Shown here: positions 1 to 10,452 of the stretch, piece after piece
How the letters are laid out: the number at the start of each line of letters is the position of its first letter
Numbering within the stretch: the first letter of the stretch is position 1
Source: Rhodoferax sp.
Lineage (GTDB): Bacteria > Pseudomonadota > Gammaproteobacteria > Burkholderiales > Burkholderiaceae_C
Assembly (NCBI RefSeq): GCF_034520025.1
Contig: NZ_JAXHNZ010000002.1
Span: 1,722,460-1,786,459, forward strand
DNA length: 64,000 nucleotides
Direction of reading: 5' to 3'
Position numbers and translations under genes: made by a program
The notes under the pieces: generated by a model
What the model was told of the DNA's origin: nothing
What the model saw: only the letters and a program-made list of their open reading frames with translations
Databases searched by the model: none

Positions 1-1464
1 ACTTTGCTCCACCAGCGCCGCATTCTGCTGGGTCATTTGCTCCAGCTCGCTTACTGCCTCGTTCACTTCATGCATGTCTTGGCTTTGTTCGGCGCTCGAT
101 GCCGTGATGTCAGCAATGATTCCACTAACCCGCTGCACCGCACTCACTACCTCTTGCATGGTCTGCCCGGCGCCATCCACCAAGCGGGAGCCGTGCTCCA
201 CATTGGCCACCGAGCTGCCGATCAAGGATTTGATCTCTTTAGCCGCCTCGGCGCTGCGCCCAGCCAGCGCCCGCACTTCGCTGGCCACCACGGCAAAGCC
301 GCGCCCTTGCTCGCCCGCCCGTGCAGCCTCAACAGCGGCGTTCAAGGCCAGAATATTGGTTTGAAACGCGATACCGTCTATCACCCCGATGATGTCCACA
401 ATCTGGCGGGACGACCCGTGGATCTCATGCATGGTGCTCACCACTTGCGCCACTGAAGTGCCGCCACTCTCCGCCACCGAATAAGCTGAGCCGGCCATGG
501 CATTAGCCTGCCTGGCAGCTTCTGCAGATTGCTGCACTGAGCCATTGAGTCGCGCCATGGAAGACGCTGCGCGCTGCAAGTTGTAGGCAGTAGTCTCCGT
601 GCGGTTGGACAGGTCCTGGTTGCCATGCGCAATCTCGGAGCTCGCCACCGTGATACTGCCGGTCGATTTATGCACTTGGCCCACCAGGTCCGCCAAAGAG
701 CGAGTCATGTGCGCGAGCGCGCGCAACACATCGCCCATTTCGTCTTGGCGCTCGGTGTGGATACGGACATTCAGATTACCGTTGCCGATAGCGGTCGCCA
801 CCCGTACTACTTCGTCCAAGGGGTCGCAGACGTTGCGCTGCAGCAATCGTGTGCCCAACGAGATCAACACCACGATCAAAGCCATGATTCCGGCAACGGA
901 CCAAACAGTGCGCATCCGCTCTGCGCCTGCTTTTTCGCGCAAAGCGGTGGCCCCCTCCTCCGTCAACTTGACCATGGCCTGTTGAGCTGAGAGAAAGGCC
1001 GTGAGCTCGGACTGGGTCACGTTTTGGATGTGCGTGAGCGCTGCCGACATGTCACCTGTGGCTTTCAGGGCTTCAGCACGGGTAATCGCCGCTTTTAAGG
1101 TGCTCGCCCTGCGTTGTACCTCTTGCAAGGCGGCCCGCTCGGCGGCGCTTTGCATCAGGCGGCCGAGCTCAGACTCCAAGCGGGCCTCTTCCTGCGCACC
1201 GGCCTCTTTCCCTGCGAGCAAAAACTGGGCTCCTGCGGGCTCGCTCGCCAATACAGCGCCTATCCCGCGCAAGGCTTGGGCTTGCGCGACGCCATACCAG
1301 CGGGCACTCATCTCCAGCTTGCTTTGTTGCTCAGATTGCTCCGCGACTGTCACGGCTTGCGAGCGGATGGTCCTCAGTGCGGAGCCACTCGCCATGGCGA
1401 CCAGCGCGATGCTGACGGAGATGGCGGGCAGCCACAACTTGAGAGCAATGCTGAGTGACTTCAT
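1..1464 (-). CDS. Methyl-accepting chemotaxis protein (3' end runs off the window)
   Basis: Translated by hand from ATG 1464 ([13 protein letters not shown]...): TM, periplasmic helices, TM, HAMP, then the MCP hairpin signature [34 protein letters not shown]. Open to base 1, so absent from the ORF track. Confidence 0.95.
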   Translation of the reverse strand, partial: MKSLSIALKLWLPAISVSIALVAMASGSALRTIRSQAVTVAEQSEQQSKLEMSARWYGVAQAQALRGIGAVLASEPAGAQFLLAGKEAGAQEEARLESELGRLMQSAAERAALQEVQRRASTLKAAITRAEALKATGDMSAALTHIQNVTQSELTAFLSAQQAMVKLTEEGATALREKAGAERMRTVWSVAGIMALIVVLISLGTRLLQRNVCDPLDEVVRVATAIGNGNLNVRIHTERQDEMGDVLRALAHMTRSLADLVGQVHKSTGSITVASSEIAHGNQDLSNRTETTAYNLQRAASSMARLNGSVQQSAEAARQANAMAGSAYSVAESGGTSVAQVVSTMHEIHGSSRQIVDIIGVIDGIAFQTNILALNAAVEAARAGEQGRGFAVVASEVRALAGRSAEAAKEIKSLIGSSVANVEHGSRLVDGAGQTMQEVVSAVQRVSGIIADITASSAEQSQDMHEVNEAVSELEQMTQQNAALVEQS

Positions 1465-1518
1465 GGGCTTTGTCGGAAGAGATCAAAGGGACAGTATCCC
1501 GACAAAGCCCAGCTACGG

Positions 1519-2964
1519 TCAATACCGGACCAAGGTGCGATAGGTCAAAACTGTTTTGCCTTCCGCTGGAACTGTCACCTTCCAGACAGCCATATTCGCC
1601 AAAACCTTGGTGTGAGGCTGGCTGGCCGCCAGCATTTGCCAATCCCCGGGGATCGGCTCTTGCACCGTCACAGTTACCGGTTCTTTTTTTGCGTTCCGCA
1701 GAACGATTTCATAGGCACTCTCGGCAACGAATCCAAATTTGGAGGTGTTGGAAAGGCGCTTGAAATCTGTTTGCTTCTTGTCCGCCGACACGTCGAAAGC
1801 GTTGCCAAGCTTTAGCCGGACCTTCTCATTTTTCGCGGTGTGATCCAGCCGATCTTCGCCAATGAATTGGGCGTTACCGCTCTTGTCTTTTTTATAGACC
1901 CGCGCCACGCCTTTGGGCAGAGGCACACCCAAGCGGGAAGCTTCCTTGTTGTCGAACTCCAAAAACGCCGTCACTTTCAGCTTGGTGCCCAGGTCCCCCG
2001 AGAGCCCTTGGTAGTAATAGTCCGCCCCCTGCAGCACCAGCTCGCGGCGTGCCGGAACGCCGGCTGCAGACAACAAGGCAACTTGCTTGGTTTGATTCTC
2101 TGCAATCGTGGTGGGGCGCTCGAGGGTGTAGAGGTGGTATTCGAAAAGCGACTCTTCAACCACATCGCTTTCGACTTTTTCCATCGCGGTAGCCGCCATC
2201 AACTGCGGGCGTCCGCGTGTAGCCATTTCAGGACCCACTTGGTTTACGTCGCCCGCGACCAATTGCAAGCGAGCGTTGCGATAGGTCGCCCCACTGGTAT
2301 TCGTCAGGGTGACCCAGCCGGACACATCCAGCGCATCGTCAGCCGCATTGAGCTCGACTACGTAATCTGCTCTCCACGACAGGCCGCCTGTGAGATAGCT
2401 CAACTCCACATCTTGCTGGGCCGGTCCGGTGTTCTGTAGGTTCATGACCAGCGTGGGGCGGTCCCGCAAATTAGGCGGCACATCGTCAAACACCAAGCGA
2501 CCCGGAACGCCAGTCTCGATGCGTTGTCCAATTTGCAGCACGACACCGTTGTTGGCCGACAAAACGGTCGCGGTCTCTACCGTTTCAGCACCCGTGGTCG
2601 GATGGGTGCGCACCACTTTGACCTGCTTGCCCACATACTTTTCGAGCATTTTTTGGGGCGTGAGGAGATCGAAGTCAAAGTTTTGCTCCTGAACGCGCAG
2701 GGCACCCGGAGAAGACAAGCTGCGCATCAGCGCAGTCTCAGCACGCATTCGGGCACTGACATCGCGGAACGCCAACGCCGATGCGCCCGCCTTGAGCGGC
2801 ACCTTGCGCACATCTTTGACCAAGGCCAAGTTGTCGTTGTAAATCGTTACCGCCACTTCTTGCTGGTCGGCGAGAGTGCTTCGTTGCTCCTGGGCTTGAG
2901 CAGGCCCAGCAGAAAGAGTGACCACGAGCAAGGCGGCAGCCGCCAAGGGAAAAGGAGCACGCAT
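1519..2964 (-). CDS. Secreted DUF4139/DUF4140-domain protein
   Basis: Signal peptide, VAVTIYNDNLALVKDVR, LSYLTGGLSWRADY and YHLYTLERPTTIAENQTKQV motifs. ORF extends to 2991; ATG 2964 preferred. Confidence 0.8.
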   Translation of the reverse strand: MRAPFPLAAAALLVVTLSAGPAQAQEQRSTLADQQEVAVTIYNDNLALVKDVRKVPLKAGASALAFRDVSARMRAETALMRSLSSPGALRVQEQNFDFDLLTPQKMLEKYVGKQVKVVRTHPTTGAETVETATVLSANNGVVLQIGQRIETGVPGRLVFDDVPPNLRDRPTLVMNLQNTGPAQQDVELSYLTGGLSWRADYVVELNAADDALDVSGWVTLTNTSGATYRNARLQLVAGDVNQVGPEMATRGRPQLMAATAMEKVESDVVEESLFEYHLYTLERPTTIAENQTKQVALLSAAGVPARRELVLQGADYYYQGLSGDLGTKLKVTAFLEFDNKEASRLGVPLPKGVARVYKKDKSGNAQFIGEDRLDHTAKNEKVRLKLGNAFDVSADKKQTDFKRLSNTSKFGFVAESAYEIVLRNAKKEPVTVTVQEPIPGDWQMLAASQPHTKVLANMAVWKVTVPAEGKTVLTYRTLVRY

Positions 2965-3083
2965 AAAAACCCTCAAATAAATGTAAAGCACTCAGCGCAC
3001 AACGCCACACATCCGGTGCAGGCTGACGCATTTGCATTGTGTTACCAAAAGAGACAGCACCGCCCCACCGGTTAGCATCTGGC

Positions 3084-4781
3084 ATGCCTTTGACACCCCA
3101 CTGGATTCGCCACTACCCGAGGCAGCACCTGCGAGACGACTTGATAGCGGGTGTGTTGCTCACCGTTCTGGTCATTCCCCAGAGCTTGGCCTATGCCATG
3201 CTGGCTGGCCTACAGCCACAGGCCGGGCTGTATGCGAGCATATTGCCGGCCATCGCTTACGCTTGGTTCGGCAGTAGCATGGTGCAGGCGGTAGGGCCGG
3301 TAGCCATTACTGCCATCATGACGGCCAGTGTGCTGGGCCCCTTAGCACCCGTTGGAAGCGCGCTCTACCTTCAGCTGGCCGTGTGGCTAAGCCTGGGCTC
3401 TGGCGTGCTGATTACGTTGTGCGGGCTGGCTCGCTTGGGTTTTTTATCCCAACTGCTGAGCAAGCCTGTGGTCAGTGGGTTTATCACGGGCTCTGCACTG
3501 CTCATCATCTTGAGCCAGCTGCGATTCATCGGCGGCATAGATGCCCGCGGAAGTACAAGCTGGCAACTCCTGCACAGCCTTTGGGCTTGGCTGCCCGACA
3601 TCCATGCTCCAACCCTCCTGCTGGGAGTAGGCGCCGTTGTCGCCTTAGCCTTGGCGCGCACAGGTCTGAAGCGCTGGCCAATGTGGCAACGTTTGTTTCC
3701 ATTGTTGTTGATACTGGTCTGCCCTTGGGTAGTGCAAGGGCTGGCCCTGGACCCGGACCAGCGTATTGCGGTGGTGGGCCCTGTGTCGCTGGAGTGGGCA
3801 TCTTTCGACTTTTCGATGCCCCACCCGTCCGTCTTCAGTGCATTGGTTGGTCCGACGTTTCTGATCGCCTTTATCGGCATGGTGCAAGGTATCACCATGG
3901 CACAAGCATTGGCCACCCAACGGCGGGAGCGTATCGATGCCAACCGGGAACTGCTCGGGCTGGGGGCTGCGAATATCGCGGCCACCTTCAGTGGCGGTAT
4001 GCCGGTCGGGGGCGGCCTGAGCCGCTCGGCGATCAATGTGGCATCGGGTGCACAGACGCCCTTGGCGGGCATTGTCTCTGGCGTCAGCATGTTGGCAGTT
4101 TTGCTGCTCGGCACAGATTGGCTGAATCACGTTCCATTAGCGATTCTTGCGGCCAACATCATCATTGCGGCCTGGGGAATGATCGACCTCACCGCTTTGC
4201 GACAGGCATGGACTTATGACCGAGCGGATGCAATCGCTTGGCTGGGCGCCGCATCGGGGGTGCTGGCTCTAGGGATTGAAACCGGGATTGCCGTGGGTAT
4301 CGGCTTGTCACTGGCGACCCTTTTGTGGCGCACTAGCTCACCCCATATCGCTGTCATCGGCCGCTTGCCGGGCACACAATCGTTCCGGAACGTGAACCGG
4401 TACGCCACTGAAACACTGCCCCGGACACTGATGTTGCGGATCGACGAGAGTCTGTTTTTCGGCAATTTGCAAGCGGTGGAAGAACGCCTCGGACTGGAAC
4501 TCGCCCGGGCGCCAGACACCCAAGATGTGGTGTGGGTCATGACCGCGGTGAACCGGGTAGACACCTCTGCCATGGCGGCACTGCTCAACTTGAACCGGGA
4601 CCTCAAGGATCGCGGCATCCGCATGCATTTTGCGGAGGTGAAAGGCCCGGTACAAGACCGTTTGGTGCACACGCCCCTGTGGACTGAGCTCTCCGGTGAG
4701 TTCTTTCACTCGGTGCCCGATGCGTTCGCTGCCCTCCAAGCTTCGCGGCAGGAGCCACACGACGCCGCTTTGTCGATCTAA
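3084..4781 (+). CDS. SulP family anion transporter with STAS domain
   Basis: DDLIAG...IPQSLAYAMLAG..PQAGLY signature, many TM helices, C-terminal STAS (LRIDESLFFGN, VDTSAM). ORF from 3039; ATG 3084 preferred. Confidence 0.93.
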   Translation: MPLTPHWIRHYPRQHLRDDLIAGVLLTVLVIPQSLAYAMLAGLQPQAGLYASILPAIAYAWFGSSMVQAVGPVAITAIMTASVLGPLAPVGSALYLQLAVWLSLGSGVLITLCGLARLGFLSQLLSKPVVSGFITGSALLIILSQLRFIGGIDARGSTSWQLLHSLWAWLPDIHAPTLLLGVGAVVALALARTGLKRWPMWQRLFPLLLILVCPWVVQGLALDPDQRIAVVGPVSLEWASFDFSMPHPSVFSALVGPTFLIAFIGMVQGITMAQALATQRRERIDANRELLGLGAANIAATFSGGMPVGGGLSRSAINVASGAQTPLAGIVSGVSMLAVLLLGTDWLNHVPLAILAANIIIAAWGMIDLTALRQAWTYDRADAIAWLGAASGVLALGIETGIAVGIGLSLATLLWRTSSPHIAVIGRLPGTQSFRNVNRYATETLPRTLMLRIDESLFFGNLQAVEERLGLELARAPDTQDVVWVMTAVNRVDTSAMAALLNLNRDLKDRGIRMHFAEVKGPVQDRLVHTPLWTELSGEFFHSVPDAFAALQASRQEPHDAALSI

Positions 4782-4930
4782 GCGCAGCCTTTGAGTGGCA
4801 CCACAGGTTTTGGTGCAGTCTTGCACTGTCTTGCTTTGAGCGCGCTAGACTGAGACACTGCCCCCGGGGCGGATCACCCTTGTTCACCGCGCACTGTCGT
4901 GCGAGGACCTGTTTTTTAGGAGCGCTAGTT

Positions 4931-5425
4931 ATGGCTAAAAATGTGGCACCCAAGATGCCGATCGACATCGGTATCAGCGAACGCGAGCGAAAGAAAATTG
5001 CCGAAGGCTTGTCAGGTCTTTTGGCAGACAGCTACACCCTGTACCTGATGACGCACAACTTTCACTGGAACGTGACAGGCCCCCAGTTCAATAGCTTGCA
5101 CACCATGTTCATGGCGCAGTACACCGAGCAGTGGACCGCTCTGGATCTGATTGCCGAGCGCATCCGCGCACTGGGTTTTCCAGCGCCGGGCACCTACAAA
5201 GAGTTCACCAAGCTTGCCAGTATCAAAGAGGTCGAGGGCGTGCCCAAAGCCAACGAGATGATTCACCACCTGCTGGCTGCACAAGAAGCTACTGCGCGCA
5301 CTGCCCGCAAGCTGTTCCCCGTGGTGGATGCCGCGAATGACCAGCCCACCGCAGATGTCTTGACCCAGCGTATTGACGTCCACGAAAAAACGGCCTGGAT
5401 GCTGCGCAGCCTCATCACCGAGTAA
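4931..5425 (+). CDS. dps: Dps family ferritin-like DNA protection protein
   Basis: THNFHWNVTGPQF, DLIAERIRALG, HEKTAWML ferroxidase motifs. Confidence 0.95.
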   Translation: MAKNVAPKMPIDIGISERERKKIAEGLSGLLADSYTLYLMTHNFHWNVTGPQFNSLHTMFMAQYTEQWTALDLIAERIRALGFPAPGTYKEFTKLASIKEVEGVPKANEMIHHLLAAQEATARTARKLFPVVDAANDQPTADVLTQRIDVHEKTAWMLRSLITE

Positions 5426-5479
5426 GCCCCCTCACGCCCGCCTAGCACCACGAGCACCCTGCTGCGGCGATGGGTGCTG

Positions 5480-5980
5480 TCAGCGTAATGCTATCGCTTG
5501 ATTCAACACAAAATCGGCGATGGCGCTTGCCTTTTTCAGGTCAAGCACGGGCACTGTGCATTCGGGGACCAGGCTGTCGCTCGCAATGCCCACAATGCCC
5601 GGCCAGCGTGGCCACAAGGTGCTTTTCCCCTCACTGGCACGCCAGACTTCCAGCTTGGGGAAGTCTCCTTCCTTGAAGCCCTCCACCAGCACCAGGTCAC
5701 AGTCTTGCAATCGCGTCAGCAAATAGTCCAGTGATGGCTCCGGCTCACCACGCAGTTCATGCATCAGCGCCCAGCGGGTGCGGCCGAGCAGCAGCACTTC
5801 AGTGCAACCCGCCTCCCGCAGACGAAAGGAATCCTTGCCTGGCCGGTCGATCTCGATATCTTTGTGGCTGTGCTTGATCAGGGACACCCGCAAACCACGC
5901 TGCTTGAGCTCTGGAATCAGGTGTTCCAGCAGCGTGGTCTTGCCCATGCCGGAGTAACCGGCAATTCCGAAAATGCGCAT
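5480..5980 (-). CDS. mobB: Molybdopterin-guanine dinucleotide biosynthesis protein B
   Basis: GYSGMGKTTL P-loop, SLIKHSH, DRPGKDS, VLVEGFK. Confidence 0.92.
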   Translation of the reverse strand: MRIFGIAGYSGMGKTTLLEHLIPELKQRGLRVSLIKHSHKDIEIDRPGKDSFRLREAGCTEVLLLGRTRWALMHELRGEPEPSLDYLLTRLQDCDLVLVEGFKEGDFPKLEVWRASEGKSTLWPRWPGIVGIASDSLVPECTVPVLDLKKASAIADFVLNQAIALR

Positions 5981-5986
5981 CGAGGC

Positions 5987-7882
5987 TTACTCGACGGTCA
6001 CGCTCTTGGCGAGGTTGCGCGGCTTGTCGACGTCCGTACCCTTAGCCAAAGCCGTGTGGTACGACAGCAGTTGCAAGGGCACCACGTGCAATAAGGGAGA
6101 AAGCTCGCCGTAATGCTCGGGCATACGAATGACATGCAATCCTTCGCCACTCTCAATTTTGGTATCAGCGTCCGCCAACACATAGAGCACACCACCTCGC
6201 GCGCGCACCTCATGCATATTGCTCTTGAGTTTTTCAAGCAGCGTGTCATTCGGCGCCACCGTCACCACCGGCATGTCACTCGTCACGAGTGCCAATGGCC
6301 CGTGCTTGAGTTCTCCTGCCGCATAAGCCTCGGCGTGGATGTAAGTGATTTCTTTGAGCTTGAGTGCACCTTCGAGGGCAATCGGGTAATGCAGACCACG
6401 GCCCAAAAAGAGAGCGTTTTCTTTTTTGGCGAAGTCATCGGCCCACGCAATGATCTGGGGCTCCAGAGCCAACACCGCCTGGAGCGCCGCCGGCAGATGG
6501 CGCATGGCTTTCAAATGGCGGGCCTCATCCGCATCACTCAAACGGCCCTTGGCCTGGGCCAGGCACAAGGTCAGCAAAAACAGGCCTGCCAACTGGGTGG
6601 TAAAGGCCTTGGTGGATGCCACGCCGATTTCCACACCCGCCCGCGTTACATACGCCAGGCTGCATTCGCGTACCATGGCGCTGGTAGCCACATTGCAAAT
6701 GGTGAGCGTGTGCTGCATGCCCAGGCTTTGTGCATGGCGCAAGGCCGCCAGCGTGTCTGCGGTCTCGCCACTCTGGGTGATGGTGACTACCAGGGTCTTG
6801 GGGTTGGGAACCGAGTCCCGGTACCGGTACTCACTGGCAACTTCCACATTGCACGGAATTTTGGCAATGCTCTCGATCCAGTATTTGGCGGCGCAGCCGC
6901 TGTAATAGCTGGTGCCGCACGCCAATATCAACACATTGTCGATCTGCTGGAACACACGGGCCGCATTGGCACCGGGCTGGTGGTTACCTTGTTGGTCAAA
7001 CAATTCCGGCACGATGCCTTCCACGCCTTCCAGCGTATCGGCAATGGCGCGGGGCTGCTCGAAAATCTCTTTTTGCATGTAATGGCGGTACGGGCCCAGT
7101 TCGGCCGCGCCGCTGTGGGCCACCACGGTTTTGACCGGGCGCTGTGCAGGCGCCACCGCCTTGTGCGCTTTGTCGAACAACCAGTACTTACCAAGCTGCA
7201 AGTCGACCACATCACCCTCTTCCAGGTACACGATCTGATCAGTCACACCGGCCAAGGCCATTGCGTCACTCGCCAGAAAGTGCTCTTGTCCGTCTTTTCC
7301 AACGCCCAAAATCAGGGGCGAGCCCGCCCGGGCACCAATCAAACGCTGCGGCTCATCTTTGCAAAACACGGCAATCGCATACGCACCGTGCAACTGCAAA
7401 ACAGCGGCCTTGACGGACTCGAACAAATCACCGTCATAGAGGCTATCGACCAGGTGGGCAATCACCTCGGTGTCGGTCTGGCTATGAAACACATAACCTT
7501 TAGCCTTGAGCGCTGCACGGAGTTCATCGTGGTTTTCAATGATGCCGTTGTGCACCAGCGCGATGCGGCCGGGCTTACTCTCGGCATCTGCACCGGTTCC
7601 ATGGCTGAAGTGAGGGTGGGCGTTGTGCACCACAGGGGCGCCGTGGGTGGCCCAGCGGGTATGTGCAATGCCCAAATGTCCCTGCACATCACCTGCAGCC
7701 ACCTGCTCCATCAGCTCAGACACCCGTGCCGTGCTGCGCGCGCGGCGCAGGCCGCTCTGTGCCCCCAGCCCGTACACCGCAACACCGCAGGAGTCGTAAC
7801 CCCGGTACTCTAGGCGCTCCAAGCCCTGAACCAAAACGGGAACAATATTCCGGGTAGAAACCGCGCCGACGATGCCGCACAT
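5987..7882 (-). CDS. glmS: Glutamine--fructose-6-phosphate transaminase
   Basis: N-terminal [34 protein letters not shown]-terminal [15 protein letters not shown]. Confidence 0.99.
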   Translation of the reverse strand: MCGIVGAVSTRNIVPVLVQGLERLEYRGYDSCGVAVYGLGAQSGLRRARSTARVSELMEQVAAGDVQGHLGIAHTRWATHGAPVVHNAHPHFSHGTGADAESKPGRIALVHNGIIENHDELRAALKAKGYVFHSQTDTEVIAHLVDSLYDGDLFESVKAAVLQLHGAYAIAVFCKDEPQRLIGARAGSPLILGVGKDGQEHFLASDAMALAGVTDQIVYLEEGDVVDLQLGKYWLFDKAHKAVAPAQRPVKTVVAHSGAAELGPYRHYMQKEIFEQPRAIADTLEGVEGIVPELFDQQGNHQPGANAARVFQQIDNVLILACGTSYYSGCAAKYWIESIAKIPCNVEVASEYRYRDSVPNPKTLVVTITQSGETADTLAALRHAQSLGMQHTLTICNVATSAMVRECSLAYVTRAGVEIGVASTKAFTTQLAGLFLLTLCLAQAKGRLSDADEARHLKAMRHLPAALQAVLALEPQIIAWADDFAKKENALFLGRGLHYPIALEGALKLKEITYIHAEAYAAGELKHGPLALVTSDMPVVTVAPNDTLLEKLKSNMHEVRARGGVLYVLADADTKIESGEGLHVIRMPEHYGELSPLLHVVPLQLLSYHTALAKGTDVDKPRNLAKSVTVE

Positions 7883-7900
7883 AGAAAACCTCCAAAACAA

Positions 7901-8017
7901 ACAATGGAGCGAATGGTAGAGTTTTGATAAGAAATTACCGATTGAAATTCAAAGTTTTTTGACTTTAAATTTCACCATTACGAGACAATATATTTTTATT
8001 TCAAAAAATGTCATTCA
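7901..8017. promoter_or_regulatory. AT-rich divergent promoter region between glmS and the Lrp/AsnC regulator
   Basis: Markedly AT-rich 117 bp with repeated GAAATT/AAATTT tracts between divergent genes. Binding by the adjacent regulator is inferred. Confidence 0.55.
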
Positions 8018-8509
8018 ATGAAAGAAATAGAGCTTGATGCCATTGATCTGCAGTTGCTGGATCAACTGCAAAAAGACGCATCCCTGAGCAATCAGGTCTT
8101 GGCTGACCGGGTTCACACCTCGGCGCCGACCTGCTTGCGCCGTGTAAAACGCCTGCGTGAAAGCGGCTTGATTGAAAAGCAAGTGGCCGTGCTGAACCCA
8201 CAAACCCTGGCGGCCCACACGGGCCACGGGCTCACGGCGATCGTGGAAGTCTCTTTGGACCGGCAAGATACCGGCGCAATGGAAGCATTTGAGAAGAGAG
8301 TGGCGCTAGAGGCCGCAGTGCAACAGTGCTACCGGGTGTCCCCGGGCCCTGACTTTTGCCTCGTGGTCCACACTTGGGACATGCCGGCTTACCGGGCCCT
8401 CACCCAGCGCTTGTTCACCACCGATGCCAATGTGCGCAACGTGAAAGCCTTCTTCAGCGTACATCGCAGCAAATTTGGCGCGGAGCTGCCGATGCATGTA
8501 CCCCGCTAA
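8018..8509 (+). CDS. Lrp/AsnC family transcriptional regulator
   Basis: LDAIDLQLLDQLQKDASLSNQVLADRV...CLRRVKRLRESGLI HTH; VQQCYRVSPGPDF RAM domain. Confidence 0.95.
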   Translation: MKEIELDAIDLQLLDQLQKDASLSNQVLADRVHTSAPTCLRRVKRLRESGLIEKQVAVLNPQTLAAHTGHGLTAIVEVSLDRQDTGAMEAFEKRVALEAAVQQCYRVSPGPDFCLVVHTWDMPAYRALTQRLFTTDANVRNVKAFFSVHRSKFGAELPMHVPR

Positions 8510-8523
8510 GCCGTGAGTTCAGT

Positions 8524-9462
8524 TCACTGGCATTGGCCGCCGCAGGCCTCGTGAGCGCCTGCCAACAACAATGCGGTTTGCTCCGACAAATAGTCCAAAA
8601 ATACCCTGGTACGCCTTGGCAAATACTGCCGGCTGGGCAAGGCTGCATAGAGGTGCAGCTGACCTGCAACCCACGGCGACAGCACCCGCACCAAGTCACC
8701 GCTGGCTAAAAATGGGGCAACCAACTCCACCGTGCAAGGGGTGATGCCCGCACCATCCAGCGTAGCGGAAATCAAGGTTTCAATATGGTTGGAGCTGAGA
8801 ACCGGGGTGAGATTCAGGTCTATGGATTCGTTCAAGTCCAGCTCATTGCGCAAATGCCAACGCCGGTGGCGCGCAATACCGCCTTTGAGTTCGAGGCAAT
8901 GGTGATTCGCCAAATCCTGCGGGTTAACAGGAATCCCCATGCGGCGCAAATAGTCAGGGGTGGCGACCAGAATGCCACGGGTTGACGCAATTTTTCGGGC
9001 CACGATCGTTCCATCAAAAGCCTCGTCCGCAGTGAACAGCGTCACATCGTGTGCCTCCACTGGCGGCTCTTCGAAGGACTCCACTTGCACATGGAGGGTG
9101 ATTTTGGGGTACTGCGCCCGGAAGCCCGCAAGCAACGGCGCCAACACATAGGTCGCCAGCACAGGGGTCGACAGCACATTGAGCTCGCCTGACAACTCCT
9201 GCGTATGAAGGTGGGCGATGGCATCTGCCTCGTCGATGTCTTGCAGAATCGCACGCACCCGCGCGAGATACGCATCACCGGGCTCGCTCAATGAAATCCG
9301 CCGGGTCGACCGATGCAGCAGGCGGGTACCAAGGTGCTCTTCCAAATCGGCGACTAATCGGGTCACCACGGCCGGCGACATATCCAAGGCACGCGCGGCT
9401 GCAGCAAAGCCCCCTTCGTCGATGACTTTTTGAAACACACGCATTGAGAGCAAACGATCCAT
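8524..9462 (-). CDS. LysR family transcriptional regulator (CrgA/DmlR-like)
   Basis: MDRLLSMRVFQKVIDEGGFAAAARAL...LEEHLGTRLLHRSTRR HTH plus substrate-binding domain. Confidence 0.95.
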   Translation of the reverse strand: MDRLLSMRVFQKVIDEGGFAAAARALDMSPAVVTRLVADLEEHLGTRLLHRSTRRISLSEPGDAYLARVRAILQDIDEADAIAHLHTQELSGELNVLSTPVLATYVLAPLLAGFRAQYPKITLHVQVESFEEPPVEAHDVTLFTADEAFDGTIVARKIASTRGILVATPDYLRRMGIPVNPQDLANHHCLELKGGIARHRRWHLRNELDLNESIDLNLTPVLSSNHIETLISATLDGAGITPCTVELVAPFLASGDLVRVLSPWVAGQLHLYAALPSRQYLPRRTRVFLDYLSEQTALLLAGAHEACGGQCQ

Positions 9463-9659
9463 GAAGGCACTTTAGCGATTTATAGACCGTCCATTATTTC
9501 TCTTTCAGCAACATAGCGATGCCATTTTGATTTTTTCCCGGGATTTCATCGCCCATAGCACGTACAAAACCCGCCACCCACACATTGATCACCGCACCTT
9601 TCGTACATCAACGGGGTGAGCATCATTTTGAAGGCTGCTCCTTTCATGAGAACCAGTCT

Positions 9660-9701
9660 CCGGCTGAAAAAATCACACTCGCTCAGTCGGGCTTTCTTTT
9701 G
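9660..9701 (+). terminator. Possible + strand intrinsic terminator
   Basis: CCGGCTGA (9660-9667) pairs with TCAGTCGG (9683-9690, one G-U pair), followed by GCTTTCTTTT. Confidence 0.35.
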
Positions 9702-10449
9702 TGCCTTGAAACCTGATCTCAGCGACCGCTCCGCACGGTGCTGTTGCGGTCAAACTCACCCTTGCACCCACGTTGTGCAACAGCCTTTGTGCAGTCAGCA
9801 GCCCTACTCCCAAACCGGGAAACTGCTTGGCGGTGTGTAGGCGCCCGAATACCTTGAAAAGCTTGTCTTGCATGGCAGGGTTGAAACCCGCACCGTTATC
9901 CACGACCCGGCACACCAGGTCGCCGCCCGGCTCCAGATCCACCGTGACCTGAACCTGCGGTTGTGGCGTACGCGCTGTAAATTTAAAAGCATTGCCAAGC
10001 ACCTGCAACACGGCTTGGCGCAACAGCTGGGGATCCGTAGACAGCACCGCACCGGCCGGAATGCTCCATTCCACCGGCACATCTCGCGCCGGGTCCGTCG
10101 CCTGCACCTGGGCCCACGCATCTTTCAACAGCGGCTCCAACGCGATATCCGACCATTGCACCGGTAACCCATCGATACGTGACAAACCTGTCAGCGCATC
10201 CAAGAGCTCGCCCATGTGCCGGGCCGATGCAGAAATAGTGCGCAAAAAATCGGCGCTCTCGCCTTGCAGTTGCGAACCGGCCTCTTCTTCCAGCAACTGC
10301 GCAAACGACACTAAATGCCGCAGAGGCGCCCGCAAATCGTGGGATACCGCGTAGGTAAATTCTTGCAAGCTCGCACGGGTGGCGGCCAGCTCCGCTTCGA
10401 GTGCGTCAACCCGCCGCTGCAGATCTTGGTGAGAAAGCCGCTCCGCCAT
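9673..10449 (-). CDS. Histidine kinase lacking a sensor domain (HisKA + HATPase)
   Basis: H-box VSHDLRAPLRH, N-box QVLGNAFKF, G1 DNGAGF, G2 GLGVGL. Only a short coiled coil precedes HisKA. Confidence 0.88.
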   Translation of the reverse strand: MAERLSHQDLQRRVDALEAELAATRASLQEFTYAVSHDLRAPLRHLVSFAQLLEEEAGSQLQGESADFLRTISASARHMGELLDALTGLSRIDGLPVQWSDIALEPLLKDAWAQVQATDPARDVPVEWSIPAGAVLSTDPQLLRQAVLQVLGNAFKFTARTPQPQVQVTVDLEPGGDLVCRVVDNGAGFNPAMQDKLFKVFGRLHTAKQFPGLGVGLLTAQRLLHNVGARVSLTATAPCGAVAEIRFQGTKESPTERV

Positions 10450-10452
10450 GCA

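Noticed and set aside
5453-5478. AGCACCC/GGGTGCT hairpin between dps and mobB as a terminator
   Set aside because: 7-bp stem with a long loop and no U tract on either strand.
7481-7497. GCTA-N9-TAAC in glmS as a further motif copy
   Set aside because: The GCGC-N11-GCGC half is missing; explained by the GYVFHS codons.
6113-7813. 566-aa ORF antisense to glmS, and similar long shadow ORFs (16043-17260, 18898-19956, 42379-43452, 45398-46408, 60103-61686)
   Set aside because: They lie opposite well-conserved genes, have no recognisable motifs, and are expected from stop-poor reverse frames in GC-rich coding DNA.
7883-8017. glmS ribozyme or other riboswitch
   Set aside because: The region is short, AT-rich and shows no ribozyme core; it looks like a protein-regulated divergent promoter.
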